In this document: positions 25,801-38,400 of the stretch, in pieces
How positions within the stretch are numbered: the first letter of the stretch is position 1
Layout: every line of letters starts with the position of its first letter
Assembly (NCBI RefSeq): GCF_009834535.1
Contig: NC_045706.1
Coordinates: 16,678,001-16,742,000 of the forward strand
Length of the DNA stretch: 64,000 nucleotides
Direction: 5' to 3'
Origin: Camelus ferus
Lineage: Eukaryota
Made by a program: the position numbers and the translations under genes
The notes under the pieces: model-generated
Databases searched by the model: none
What the model was told of the DNA's origin: nothing
The model's input: only the letters and a program-made list of their open reading frames with translations

Positions 25801-28800
25801 TATATCTATATATATATATCTATATATATATAAATATGTGCATATACATTAAAATTATTTTAAACTTTCTTTCAGACTGACTGGATGGGTGCTGCTAAAA
25901 CTATTCAACAGCTTCTTTTGGAATATTCAAATTCACAAGGGTCAGCTTGAGATGGTTAAAGCTGCAACTGAGGTAAGAATTTATGTGAATCTGTCATCAG
26001 TCTGTCAGATGTGAATCTGTTTTCTCCACATCTGCAGAATGATTTGGGAATTCCTTTGAAAATGTTCTCTTGTGTACTGTTGTACTTCCCACACATTTGG
26101 CAGATTTCCCCCATGTGAGATAACTATGTAGCTATGTATTTGGGGAGGATAAGTGGGGTAAAGGAAGGCCTACCAGCAAGGTTCAAGATTCCTTTTGTAA
26201 ATTACCTTGCAATAACTCTGAAAATCAGGTACAACAATCCCTATTTTATAAATGAGGAAATAAAGGCACATACAGATTAAGAAATTGTCCCGAGTCATGG
26301 CCAGTAAGTCACTTTCCCAGGATTTGAAACCAAACCAAGCTTTTCTCCAAAAATACACTCTTTTATATGATTTAGGGCTTCCTTTCAAAAGATACATAGT
26401 AGAGTCAACTTGACTTCTCACTTGCTCTTCTCCTTCCCTGACCCTTTGTTGTTGTTGTAGTTTTTTTAGCTAGATAATAATAAACTGATAAAAATTTTTA
26501 CTACTGGAAAATGTTCTTAAATACTGAATCACTAATTAGCTAGTGTTTGAGTGACTTTAACCAAATATGAAGTTGCAAAGTGTGATTGTACTTTCCATTT
26601 GACGTTTAAATTTGGCATTTTTCCTTTTGCTAGATGAATCTGCCGCTTCTATTTCTACCAGTTCATAGATCACATATTGACTATCTCCTGCTCACTTTCA
26701 TTCTCTTCTGCCACAACATCAAAGCACCATACATTGCTTCAGGCAATAATCTCAACCTCCCCATCTTCAGGTGAGATCAGCTTTCTTTTTTTGAATTGAA
26801 GTATAGTTGATTTACTGTGTTGTTAGTTTCTGGTTTAAAGCATAGTGATTTAGTTATACATATATATTCTTTTTCATAGTTTTTCATTATAGGTTGTTAT
26901 AAGCTATTGAATATAGTTCCCTGTGCTATACAGTAGGACCTTGTTGTTTATCTAGTCTGTATATAGTTGTTTGTAACATCAACTTATTTTGGAAGTTAAG
27001 GTATGAAGATTATATTATGAATTTTTTAATTATACTTTTTGATACATGTTATTGTAATGAGGACGTTAGCTTTTAATTTTTTTTGTAAAAGTAATGCACA
27101 TTTATTTTGGAAAATCTGGAAAGTACAAAAAGGCATTGAGATTATCATTATTTCTGTGCTTTCTATAGGATATTTGGTGAACTGTGAATACCTAAACCTT
27201 ATGAGCAGTGTTTATCAAGTGGATGAAAGGCAATTAGAAAGACAAGATAGCAAATTACTGTATCTGGCCTGGCAATAGGGAGGGCAGGTCAGGGTGGTTG
27301 TGGGTGGGTGGTGATGGTATAGAGGTAAGTAAGAATCATACCTGTTACTTTGACCTCATAATTTAGTACAGCTAGAAACATAATTACAATATAACATGAA
27401 AGATATTTTAGAGGTTTTCAGGAGAATGCGGTGCATTTCATTGAGAGGAACTAGTATGTGAAAAGGCAGAGAGATTTAAAAGCAAGCATGATGTGGTCAG
27501 GAAATAACAGATGATTCTTAGACTATGGGGTTAGAATGTAGGGTGCCCTGGGAAGGGTCAGAGGCTGGAGGTGGTGACTGCATAGATAGTGAGAGCTAGG
27601 TCAAAACAACTTCCAAGCCAGGAGCTTGGAGAGTATCCCGTAACTGAGAAATAATATGTTCAGATTTGCATTTTGAAAGGTCCCTCTGGATTAGAGGTAG
27701 TTAGATCAATTCTGACTCTGTTGCAATAGTTCAGACAAAAGATAATGAAGGCTTAAGTAAAAAGTATAGTAGTGCTCTTGGAGAAGAGGGCGTAGGTTTG
27801 AAAAGTACTTAGCAAGTTGAATTTAATAAAACCAGGTGCTGGTCCACATGTGGTTCAACAAAGGAGGAGAGGAGGGAAGATTCAGGTAATAACACCAGGG
27901 TACTGGGTAGTAGTGGAGCTGATAACTGACAAGGGGTAGGGTTAGCTGGTTTGGGAAACTGAAGTTTCAGACTTCAAAGCACAAAACATCTCTAAGGTCA
28001 ACTCTGTGAGTACAGAGCGTAAGAGGAGGAGGAATTTGGAGAGTGACTGGAAGGGAAGCATGTTGGCAGTTTGTACAGTTGGAGGGCAGCCATTACTATG
28101 CATACTGTGAGGTCTGGTCCCAGCCTTACAGTCCAAGGAGCTCTTTCCTAATCACTTGGCTCAGAGTTCTGTAGCTAACCTGGCTCACGTGAGTGTCTGA
28201 AGAGAAACCATTGACTGATTTAGTCAGCCAATACCCAGCTGTGCTTTAGATAAGAGTGAACAAGGTACATAGTCCTTGTTTTCAAAAAGCTCACAAAATT
28301 TGGGGAATATGGCCAAACAGCTAGCTCTAACACAGTGTATGGCCCTACAGGGCAGATGTGCTTTTCCATGTATCAGAATATCTGTGTTTTCTCTCATGGG
28401 TACCTCTTCCCAATGATAAAGAACCTGAAAAGGTGCATTAGAAAGTCATCAGAAAGGTGCTTCAGCGTAGCCTTAGGGCTGTTCCCTCTGGGCTCTCGAG
28501 AGGCCTTGCCCCATGATAGTTTGCCTCTTCCTAACCAAAGCAGCTCACGTGCTCCTGCCCTGCAGGTTGGGTTCTCAACTTGAATCTCTTGGAAGTGCTT
28601 AGTAAATGCTGTTAATTTCTCATAATCCAGCTTCCTTTTCATGACCTCTGTGCCAGCCACTGCTCAGCTTCTCATTCCTTCAGACACAGCAGGCTCTGGA
28701 TGACCTGCCTACTCATCTGCAGTTTTCTTACATGCTGATCTGTATATTCACAAACCAATTTTCAGGGTGGGTTATTTTTGTGGATGGTTTAGCTCAATTA

Positions 28801-31800
28801 TTATGAATTTATTCAGCAGAGTTTTACTTTCAAAGAGTGACATTAAGCTCTGGGAACATCGTACTGGGGCCTCCTCATGCTGACTATAGAAGATACTGAA
28901 AATACATATTAATATTTATATTACTATCACTCTATTACAAAACAATAGGAGTTTGGAAGGGTTGGCTTACATACTAGAAAATTTCAGCCTCATATCAAAA
29001 TTAATTAATGTTGTAGAAAGAGACATGTTGTTGTGAGAATTGTCTTATTCTATGTGTATATGAAGCACATTTTAATCTCATGTTTTGGAAAGATGCTTAT
29101 ACTTGGTTTTAGTTTAATAAAATTATCCTTGTCTCACCAGGATACTCTGTTAAAAAATACTTACTTGAGAAAGTTTCCCCAAAGGAGCTTTTGTAACATC
29201 ACATTCATCTTGTACTAAACGTGCCATAGGCAAATTTGGGGATGTCAAAAGGTCATTGTCTTAAGATCCTGGACAAGATTTTAAAATTCGGCAGTATTTC
29301 ATAATCCTCTTAAAATCTGTACCAGCACTTTTGCAGGGCAATATACCCTGTAAATTCCTTTTGGCCTGAAACAGATGTAGTAGAGGCTAAAGGCTGATGA
29401 ATAATGTAAATGACTGAAACATGTCAGTTATATGGAAAAATGTCCACATTTTTCCTGTTAGCAGCTCAGACAACACATGTGATCTGTATCCAAATGGCAC
29501 ATGTATTGAAGTAACTTGGAATTTGAGTATTCCTCTGACTTTTTCCTTTGTGAAAAAATTCTTGAATTTATAGTACCTTGATCCATAAGCTTGGGGGATT
29601 TTTCATACGGCGGAGGCTAGATGAGACACCAGATGGACGGAAAGATATTCTCTATAGAGCTTTGCTCCATGGGGTATGTATGATGTCTAATTATCCTTAA
29701 AGCTGTTACGGTAGTTACCACAGTAGAAAGCGAAAGAATCTTGACTGTGATTTTAAACAGTTGTCTGAGTAATTATTTGAATGATTATTGCTTGGGTATG
29801 GGTTTGATGATTTTTTGTCATCACCAAAATAATTTGAGTGAGATATTTTGTCAGTAATGAAGTTATAATTTGGATTTTACTGATTTATTTTTCTTAGATT
29901 GCTGAGCTTATGCTAAGTTGGGTGGTCTTGAGTTCATGTTTTACTTTCTCCTTATATCCCAGCATATAGTCGAACTACTTCGGCAGCAGCAGTTCTTGGA
30001 GATTTTTCTGGAAGGCACACGCTCCAGGAGTGGAAAAACCTCTTGTGCTCGGGCAGGACTTTTGTCAGTTGTGGTAGATACTCTGTCTGCCAATACCATC
30101 CCCGACATCTTAATAATACCTGTTGGGATCTCGTACGATCGTATTATTGAAGGTCACTACAACGGAGAACAGCTGGTAAGAGGACCGCTTACTTGAAAGT
30201 CATCTTTGCCTTGTCGGTCTTTTGCTTTTAGATACTATACAAGCGCTTTTGGAATTAGTTAGTGATATTTGGGCGCTGTCTAGTTCTGCAGCGCTGTAGG
30301 GGCCTGGGGGGCGGGCTTTCAGCTCCTGCGGCGGCCGGATTGGTCATGCTGACGTCGCGCTTCCCTGTGCTTGGAGGGACGTGGCTAGAGTTATCAGCAC
30401 CGGCCTTGGTCTCGGGGTCGGGACACAGAAGAGCACTTGGCACTGAGTTGCCATCTTTACCCTAGGGGGTTACTTTACCCTGGGGCTCATTCTCCCCAGG
30501 ACTTAGTGTTTATGTGTAGTTTCAGTTAAGCCTGAAGAACTGGTGGGATCATGTTGACAAAGTAACTACAAATTAACTTGAGAACTGACATTTCCTACCT
30601 GCAGCGTATGTTTTGGGAGGAATTTAGTTTTTGTCCTATTTAGTGTGGAAGTCTTGGGCATGGTACTTGTTTCAGGCTTACTGCCCAAAACCTGTTAGAA
30701 GCTCAAAGACTTTTGATAATGAGAAGCTTTAAAAATTATATGGTAGCCCTGGATTACTATCTGTTATCTCCCCTGGGAGACCCCGCCTTGTGCTACATGT
30801 GTCTGTCCTAAACGTGCACATCACTCTCTCTGACTGGGTCCCATGAGGTCCTGTCTGAGGCCCGTGTCTGCTACATGGCCATCTTCGTGCCTTACGTATT
30901 TTAAATATTCAGGAAACGCTTACTGAATGAGTAATTGGCTCCAAGGCCACTATGGGACCGGACTTGGCATTCACTTGCTAATATTACATGTTTGGACTCT
31001 GGTAATCATCAGACCACAGATAAGGTGGCCTCTTTGACATCTTATTTTCATCTGAGAACTGCGGACAGTTTTTCAGGCTGTTATTTCGTTTTTATCCTTC
31101 ACTAGTTTGCAGTTGTATTTTTGTGAATGATGTAAACAATGCACTAAATGAAGTTGTGTTCAATGTTTTGTTTTTCATTGGCCAACTTACCTCTTCTGAT
31201 GATGTGTTTACACCTTTCAGCATCCTTGAATGCTAAGCATTTTCTGACAGGTCTCATTCAATGAATACCATGAATACTTATTTTCTTTCTTTATTCATCA
31301 TTGTCTTTTCCAGATAAACCTTCAGTTTCCATTTAAAAAATGAATACATTTTATTCTTTGGATAACAGAATGTTTGCGTATGTGTTAGTTTTATTTCTTA
31401 CCATTGCTATTCTTTCAAAATTGGAAATTAGGGAAAACCTAAGAAGAACGAGAGCCTCTGGAGCGTAGCAAGAGGCGTCATTAGAATGTTGCGGAAAAAC
31501 TACGGGTGCGTCAGAGTAGATTTTGCACAACCATTTTCCTTAAAGGTGAGTGTCTCTGGAAGTGAAGCTGTGTTAAAGCGTTGGTGTAGCTCAGTGTCAG
31601 AAGATCTGGGCTCTTGTCCTGCCTCTGATGCCTCCTCTCCGTGTGAGTGAGGCCTCAGTTTCTCCTCTTGTAGAATGAGGACTCGACAAGAACAGTGTTT
31701 CCTGAATTTTTCCACCAAAATATGCCTGTTGACAAAGGAGAGTAAATGTCTATCTTTGGGAGATATTGGTCTCAAAATTTACTGCTATATTTTAAAAGTC

Positions 31801-34800
31801 ATGAGAATGAATTTTTAAAAATTCATGTTGCTTTATAATATGTATCAGTATTTTATATTATGTTCTAAAGTTGCCTTTAGGAGAAATTTTTCAAAACATG
31901 TCTCCTGTCTGGGTAACACTGATAACCTAGGATGATGCTCCAGTTCTACTGAGTGGAGTCGAATCCCCGCATATTCAGAGGGATGATGCCATCCGTATGC
32001 AGGAGCCTGGGACTGGTGGGACCCTGAGGTCCTGCGGTTTTAAATTCTTAAGATTTTCGAGTTGGTAAAGGAGAAGAAGAAGGACGGGTATCTGCAAATC
32101 TTGAACTCCCAATTTATCTCTTCCTACCCTCTTCCCCCCGGCTCTGTAACCAGAAGTTTGTTTTCTATGTCTGTGAGTCTGTTTCTGTTTTATAAGTAAG
32201 TTTGTCTGTCTTTTTGTAGATTTCACATATGAGAGATATCATATGGTATTTTTCTTTCTTTTCCTGGCTTACTTCACTTAGAATGACAATCTCCAGGTCC
32301 ATCCATGTATATGTAAAATAGATAAACAACAAGTTCATACTGCATAGCACAGGGAACTATATTCAATATCTTGTAGTAACCTATGGTGACAATATGAAAA
32401 CGAATATGTATGCTCATGTATGACTGAAGCAGTGTGCTGTACACCAGAAATTGACACATTATAGACTGACTATACTTCAATAAAAAGAAATATATGTATA
32501 TATATAAAGAAAAAAGAAGGATGAATAGTTGGGTTAGGGAGTCAGAAACCTCTAGGTGAGGCTCAGAGATCCTGCTTCTCCTTTTGTTGCACTTTTTGGG
32601 TTTACTTTTAAAGGTTCTAACTGCTGTGTTGGATGCTTTCTGTTCTTAAGTGCTTTCAACTCTAAGGGGCCTTGTCATTTTCTTACCACTTTAAAAAAAT
32701 ATTACACAGTTTTATCTTGTTATGATTTGCTTTAGAATATTATGTGACTTTCAGGTTGTCAGATTCTTTTTAAAGGTATGGTTGATCAATTATCATTCTT
32801 AATAATATTGGGAATGCCAAATAATTTACCGAAGATGTGAGAAAAGTTAAATTTTTTCCTTTAACTTTTAAGTGATTTTGCTTAAGCATGGTCCTGTTCT
32901 TTATAACTTCAGTTCTTCAATTTCAGGCTTAACAACATTCTCTGAGTCGCTCTGCACTCCTGAAGATAGATTAGAATGTAGAAAGTATTTTTCATGTTTT
33001 GTAGTATGGCTCATTTTATTAACAACTCCCTTTTTACTTTTTGAAGATGAAATTATGTTTTCTAAATGTTCATGAAGTGAGACAGTGGGTGTAAATGACT
33101 GTGTTGTGTTTTCTCCCCCAGGAATACTTAGAAAGCCAAAGTCAGAAACCTGTGTCCGCTCCACTTTCCCTAGAGCAGGCATTGTTACCAGCGATACTTC
33201 CTTCAAGGTAAGATTTGTGGAAATATTTGAATCAAGCTAAACTACCACATATCTGTCATTTCTTACATCCCCTGGAAACGTAGGCTGCCTTTATTAGGAA
33301 CATGCTTGTTCTTATTTTCCCTTCCTCACTGGAGGAACTTTCCTCTTGGTCTGATAAAGAATCTTGAAGTGGCATGTGTCCATATCAGCTTGAAGGTTTT
33401 TTATTATTTGCATCATAAAATCCTTTTGGTTTTGTGCCTCATGTTAGAGTTCTTATTTGATTTGTTTTTGAATGTTTGAAATGTTCTTTCGGGTAGTAGC
33501 TTAGGTTATGCAGATTGTACATACATGCAACATGTAAAAGAGTTTCCCTATGTGAATTTTCTGGAACTGAAATCAAATTGTCACTTAGAGAAATTGAGTA
33601 TTATGCAAATTATATTGTATGTACATGTCAAATTTTTGAAAATGTTTTAAAATGACGCGTGTTGTTTTATGCATTCTTTCTGCCAGCGAGTTCTAGATAT
33701 GCTGTACCAGCTATTTAGTCATAATTAAATAACACGCCTTGGGCAGGAGAGTATATTAAACATAGTAAGGTATATTCTGGAGCAAAACAACCCATAGAAA
33801 TAATGTTTGTGGTTTAAATTTAGAATATATGTAATTTAAAGTATCTAATGCATTTATATCTTAGGCCCATGTAGTTTGCTTTATAAAAGAGTGGGATTAT
33901 AGAAGTCTAATTAAAAAAAATTTTTAGACCCATTAATGCTGCTGATGAAGGTACAGACATGTCCATTAACGAGTCCAGAAATGCAACAGATGAATCGTTC
34001 CGAAGAACATTGATTGCAAATCTGGCTGAGCACATCCTCTTCAGTAAGTAGAATTCCACACTCTTTAATTCTGCAGTCCAGCTTCGGCGTGGTGCAGTGC
34101 AAGCCATACAGGTTTTGGAATCTGCTAGAGTGGGATTCTATTACCTAATACATGGGGTCTGATAATTAGCAGGTGCTCATGTGGTAGTTCTTACGCTTTA
34201 AAAAAAAATAATGTTGCCAAAATGATTTGTTGACTCTTTTGCTCAAGAATTAGTTTCTTTGAACTAACTTACAGTACAGCATCTAGGTTTATCGCTGCAT
34301 GTCCTTTCCCCCTGTGACCCTATGGATCATTTTTATACGGCAAATTCTGTGTGGCTATTATGTGTAAAGCTTTGTCTTAAGGAGCTTGTGTTCTTCTTAG
34401 TGGGATAGTTGTACACAAATAATTCAAGTGGGAGTGACCCAGAGTGAAGTGAGTGGAGTGTAGAATTAGCCGTCCTTAAGTTCCAGATTGCACCGTTGTG
34501 TCATGTTGGAGAGGCCACTTCAAGATCACGCAGCAGCAGCGTGGGCCCTTGGTGCACTGCTGGGATAGGGGGTGGGGGGCAGGTGGCTCGCAGGACCTCC
34601 TCCCCTTCGACACCCATCGTGGAGGCTTCCCACCTCAGCCCACTCCTTCCACTCTAGCTGCTGCTACTCCTGCTTCACACTGGGCCAGGGTGTTCTTTCT
34701 TAAGCATATCTGATTGTATCTCTCCCTTGCTTAAATTCTGGATGCTAAAAATACTGCATCCTTAATGTTGAAAAGTGGGAAAATAAAACTCACTGCCCAA

Positions 34801-35445
34801 ATAACCTGCGGTGTTGCTATCTAGTCTCCAAAAATATGTTTTACAGTTTCGTATTGTGCTGTTTTCCATTTATAATGCAATTTTTTTTTTAAATGGAGGT
34901 TCTGGGGATTGAACCCAGGACCTCATGCATGCTAAGCATGTGCTCTACCACTGAGCATACCCACCTCCCCTTTTATTTTTTTTAATAAACTCCTTCTAAA
35001 TATTCTTTTTAATGGCTAAATATATATGGTACTGGGTACTTTTTTGTTTCTTAAACACTGGAGACATCAGTGAATTCATTATCGTCTGAAAACTCACAAC
35101 TGTTGTCCTTACTTTAGATTATTCCACAGATGTTCTCATATTTGATTTGTATAATTATAATTTTTTACAATTTGGAATATTGGGTTATGGGACTATAGTC
35201 ATTCTCAAATGTATTTCTATCCCCTTACTCCTTACCTCTGACCTGCATCTGGGTCAGATTGAAAAGAGGAAATTAAAATGTATTGAGTGCCCATTACTGT
35301 GGTGGGTTATGTGCCAGGTCAGTCATTTTGTTCTGACCCAGCCCAGGGAGCGAGGTGGGGTGCTCATTTCACCAAAGGGAAGCTGAGAAATTAGTATAGA
35401 AGTTAAGATTTGAGCTCAGATTTCTGACTTCACATCCATTCCCCC

Positions 35446-35484
<39 letters not shown>

Positions 35485-38400
35485 CCTACCCCTTCGTTGT
35501 CCTGTGCGGTGAATTCTTGCAAGAGGAGTGAAGTAGAGATCTGGTCATGGTAACTGCAGCCGGGACCAGGTCAGGAAACACAGGAGGAAGATGTCTTATT
35601 GAGCCCTCTAGGACAGCTTCATACTCTGGGTCTTGGTGTTTCCATAAAGGTGTCTCTTGGTTATTGAATAACTAAATTCCAAATCCCATTGGCCTGATTG
35701 AAGGTGGACCTACCTTAGACTTAATTCTGTTACATGAGGAATAATGATCTCTAAGGAGGTTCCATCAGCCCAGAATATGGTATAATGTTATAACTTCCCT
35801 TCAGTAAATCATAGTCACCACTTTGGGAAATGTGGTGGAGGACTTTTATAGGTTTGATATTTAGGTACTTTTAGAAAGTGTCAGCTATATTTAAAAAAAC
35901 AAAGTGCAACTAATGCTTTGTGCTTGCCTTTTAGCTGCTAGCAAGTCCTGTGCCATTATGTCAACACACATCGTGGCCTGCCTGCTTCTCTACAGACACA
36001 GGCAGGTATGTCTGCAGTGTCACCTGGAGTTGAATAGAAAGCGTGTGACTATGCTTCAATTAAAAAAAAATCTTTGGAGGGGAAAAAAAATAAAGTGTTC
36101 TTTATCAGCTGTTCAGATACTTACTGATAGATTTGGTCCCCTTCTGGCTAGTTCTGTGAGATAAACAGTAAAATAAGCTAAAGTCTGCCCACAGGAGCTT
36201 ACAAACCAGTTGGAGGAAGAAATCTACACAAAAACCTTGGAGACTGCTTTAAATAAATAAATAAATAAATGTCTACACATGTATATATATGTTGTATATA
36301 TATGTATGTAACAGTAAGACATTCTTTGAGTAATACAGTTAATGTAAATAAAGCATATCTCATCAACATGCAGAAAGTATTCTGATCGCTAATAGTTTCT
36401 AAGCTATTTGATTTATACTCAGGACCTGCACTCTGCTTTCCCACAATCCACTTGTCTAAGCCCTGTGATGGAAAAGACTATGTCTGTCTGTCTGTCTGTC
36501 TCACTCACAGTCATGTTCTCAGTACCAAACATAGTGCCAATATATAGGCCCCAAATAAATATTTGTCAGATAAATATTTAAAGTGAGGGAAATTCTTGCT
36601 GAAAAATAGGCACTTCTTACTTTCAGATGGTGGCTTCTTCCTTTTGTGATCTTATGTGCTCATCTCGTGCGTCGTGGCTAGAGTGTTCTCTGGATGTGGA
36701 AGTATCTTGATGTTCCTAGGAGACCAGCTTTTAGACCAGTTTTCTGACCTCCTTTGCTTTGGTCTCCTGGCTGTTTTTCTGTATGTGCTGACAGTGAGCT
36801 GTGTAAAGCCAAGACCAAAAAAAATCTTTGGAACGGACTCTTGGCCTTTTGGAACTTAGGTTTTCTGCTCTCACGAGACCACTTCTGCCTGTTTCTCTAG
36901 GGAATTGATCTATCCACGTTGGTGGAGGACTTCTTTGTAATGAAGGAGGAAGTCCTGGCTCGTGACTTTGACCTGGGTTTCTCAGGAAATTCAGAAGATG
37001 TAGTCATGCATGCCATACAGCTGCTGGGGAACTGCATCACCATCACCCACACCAGCAAGAGCGATGAGTTTTTTATTACTCCCAGCACAACTGTCCCATC
37101 AGTCTTTGAGCTCAACTTCTACAGCAATGGGGTGCTCCATGTCTTTATCCTGGAGGCCATCATAGGTATGTTGGGCCCTGAAACACTTCCATGGTAGGTG
37201 AAGTGGCCAGACGCTCGCAGTGTTGTCTCCTTCCATCTGAATGATCGTGCCTTGTTTGAGGGAATATGTTGCTATAGTCTTAATTTTCGAATAAGAATAT
37301 GATCTGCTATTATCACTGTTTATAGCTGATTTTTACATTTATTGTTCAGCAAGTAGTAACTGAATTACTGTAGGCATAGCATTACACTTTTTACTAAGGA
37401 GGAGAGGTAAGATGTCTTGCTATCCAGGAGCTGAAAATGTAAGTGAGATGAGACATACACGTGGCCGGGAAGTGAGTACAGGGAGCTCATTTGTGATCAG
37501 GAGGGAAGAGAGGAAGAGAGGAGAGGGGACGGAAGCTTCTGAGGAAGGTTTGGTAGGGTTAGGATCCCGTGGAATCATGAGAAGTGAATGCTGAAGGGAT
37601 TTACTTAAATTTCTCCAGTGAATACAGATAGTTATCTTTGATGTTTTAATAGTCTATTAAGGTAATCCAACTTACTGAGCCAGTTGAAATTTTTCTTGGA
37701 GATCGAAGGCTGCGGGCTTCATCGATGCTTTTACTTTCTCAGCCTGCAGCCTTTACGCGGTAGTGAAGAAGAGGCCCCCAGGGGGGCCTGCATCTGCCAG
37801 TGCAGTCAGCCAGGAGCAGCTGGTGCGGAAGGCCGCCAGCCTGTGCTATCTGCTCTCCAACGAAGGCACCATCTCTCTCGTGAGTGAAGACTTTAGCATT
37901 GCCTGCTCTCTTTTTCTTGAGCATTTTTACAGAAACATAAAATGCTTTTCTTTTAGAGAATTTTTGAAGCTTTACATTCCACTCTTGGGTTGCAGTGACC
38001 TCCAGGCCAATTATGTGGTCACTACCTTGGTTTGCTGTTGGGGTCACCGCTCCAGCAAACCCTTCATGCAACTGTGAGGTGTGACAGTTCTCTATTAGTC
38101 GGATACACAGTCACTGAGCTGTTATTGTGCATAAGGCACTGGTCCTGGGTTTTTAAATAATCACCATGCCCACTCGTAGATGATGGAACCAAGCAGATGA
38201 GAGTCAGAAATAGTCATAAAGATCATCTGCTCAGCCCCTGTCCCTTACAGACGGGGAGACAATGTCCCAGCAGTACCAACGAGCACTTGTTATATTTAAA
38301 CGCTTGTAGACGTTTATTATGAGGCACACATGTTAAACGGTAGAGAGATTTTTTTTCTCAGAATCATCAACAAATAGAATTCATATTTTATTTAAAGTCT

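Noticed and set aside
34881-34970. tRNA-like sequence with A and B boxes
   Set aside because: Has a poly(A) tail, no complete cloverleaf or acceptor stem, and a second degenerate copy at 58190; it is a SINE, not a tRNA gene.
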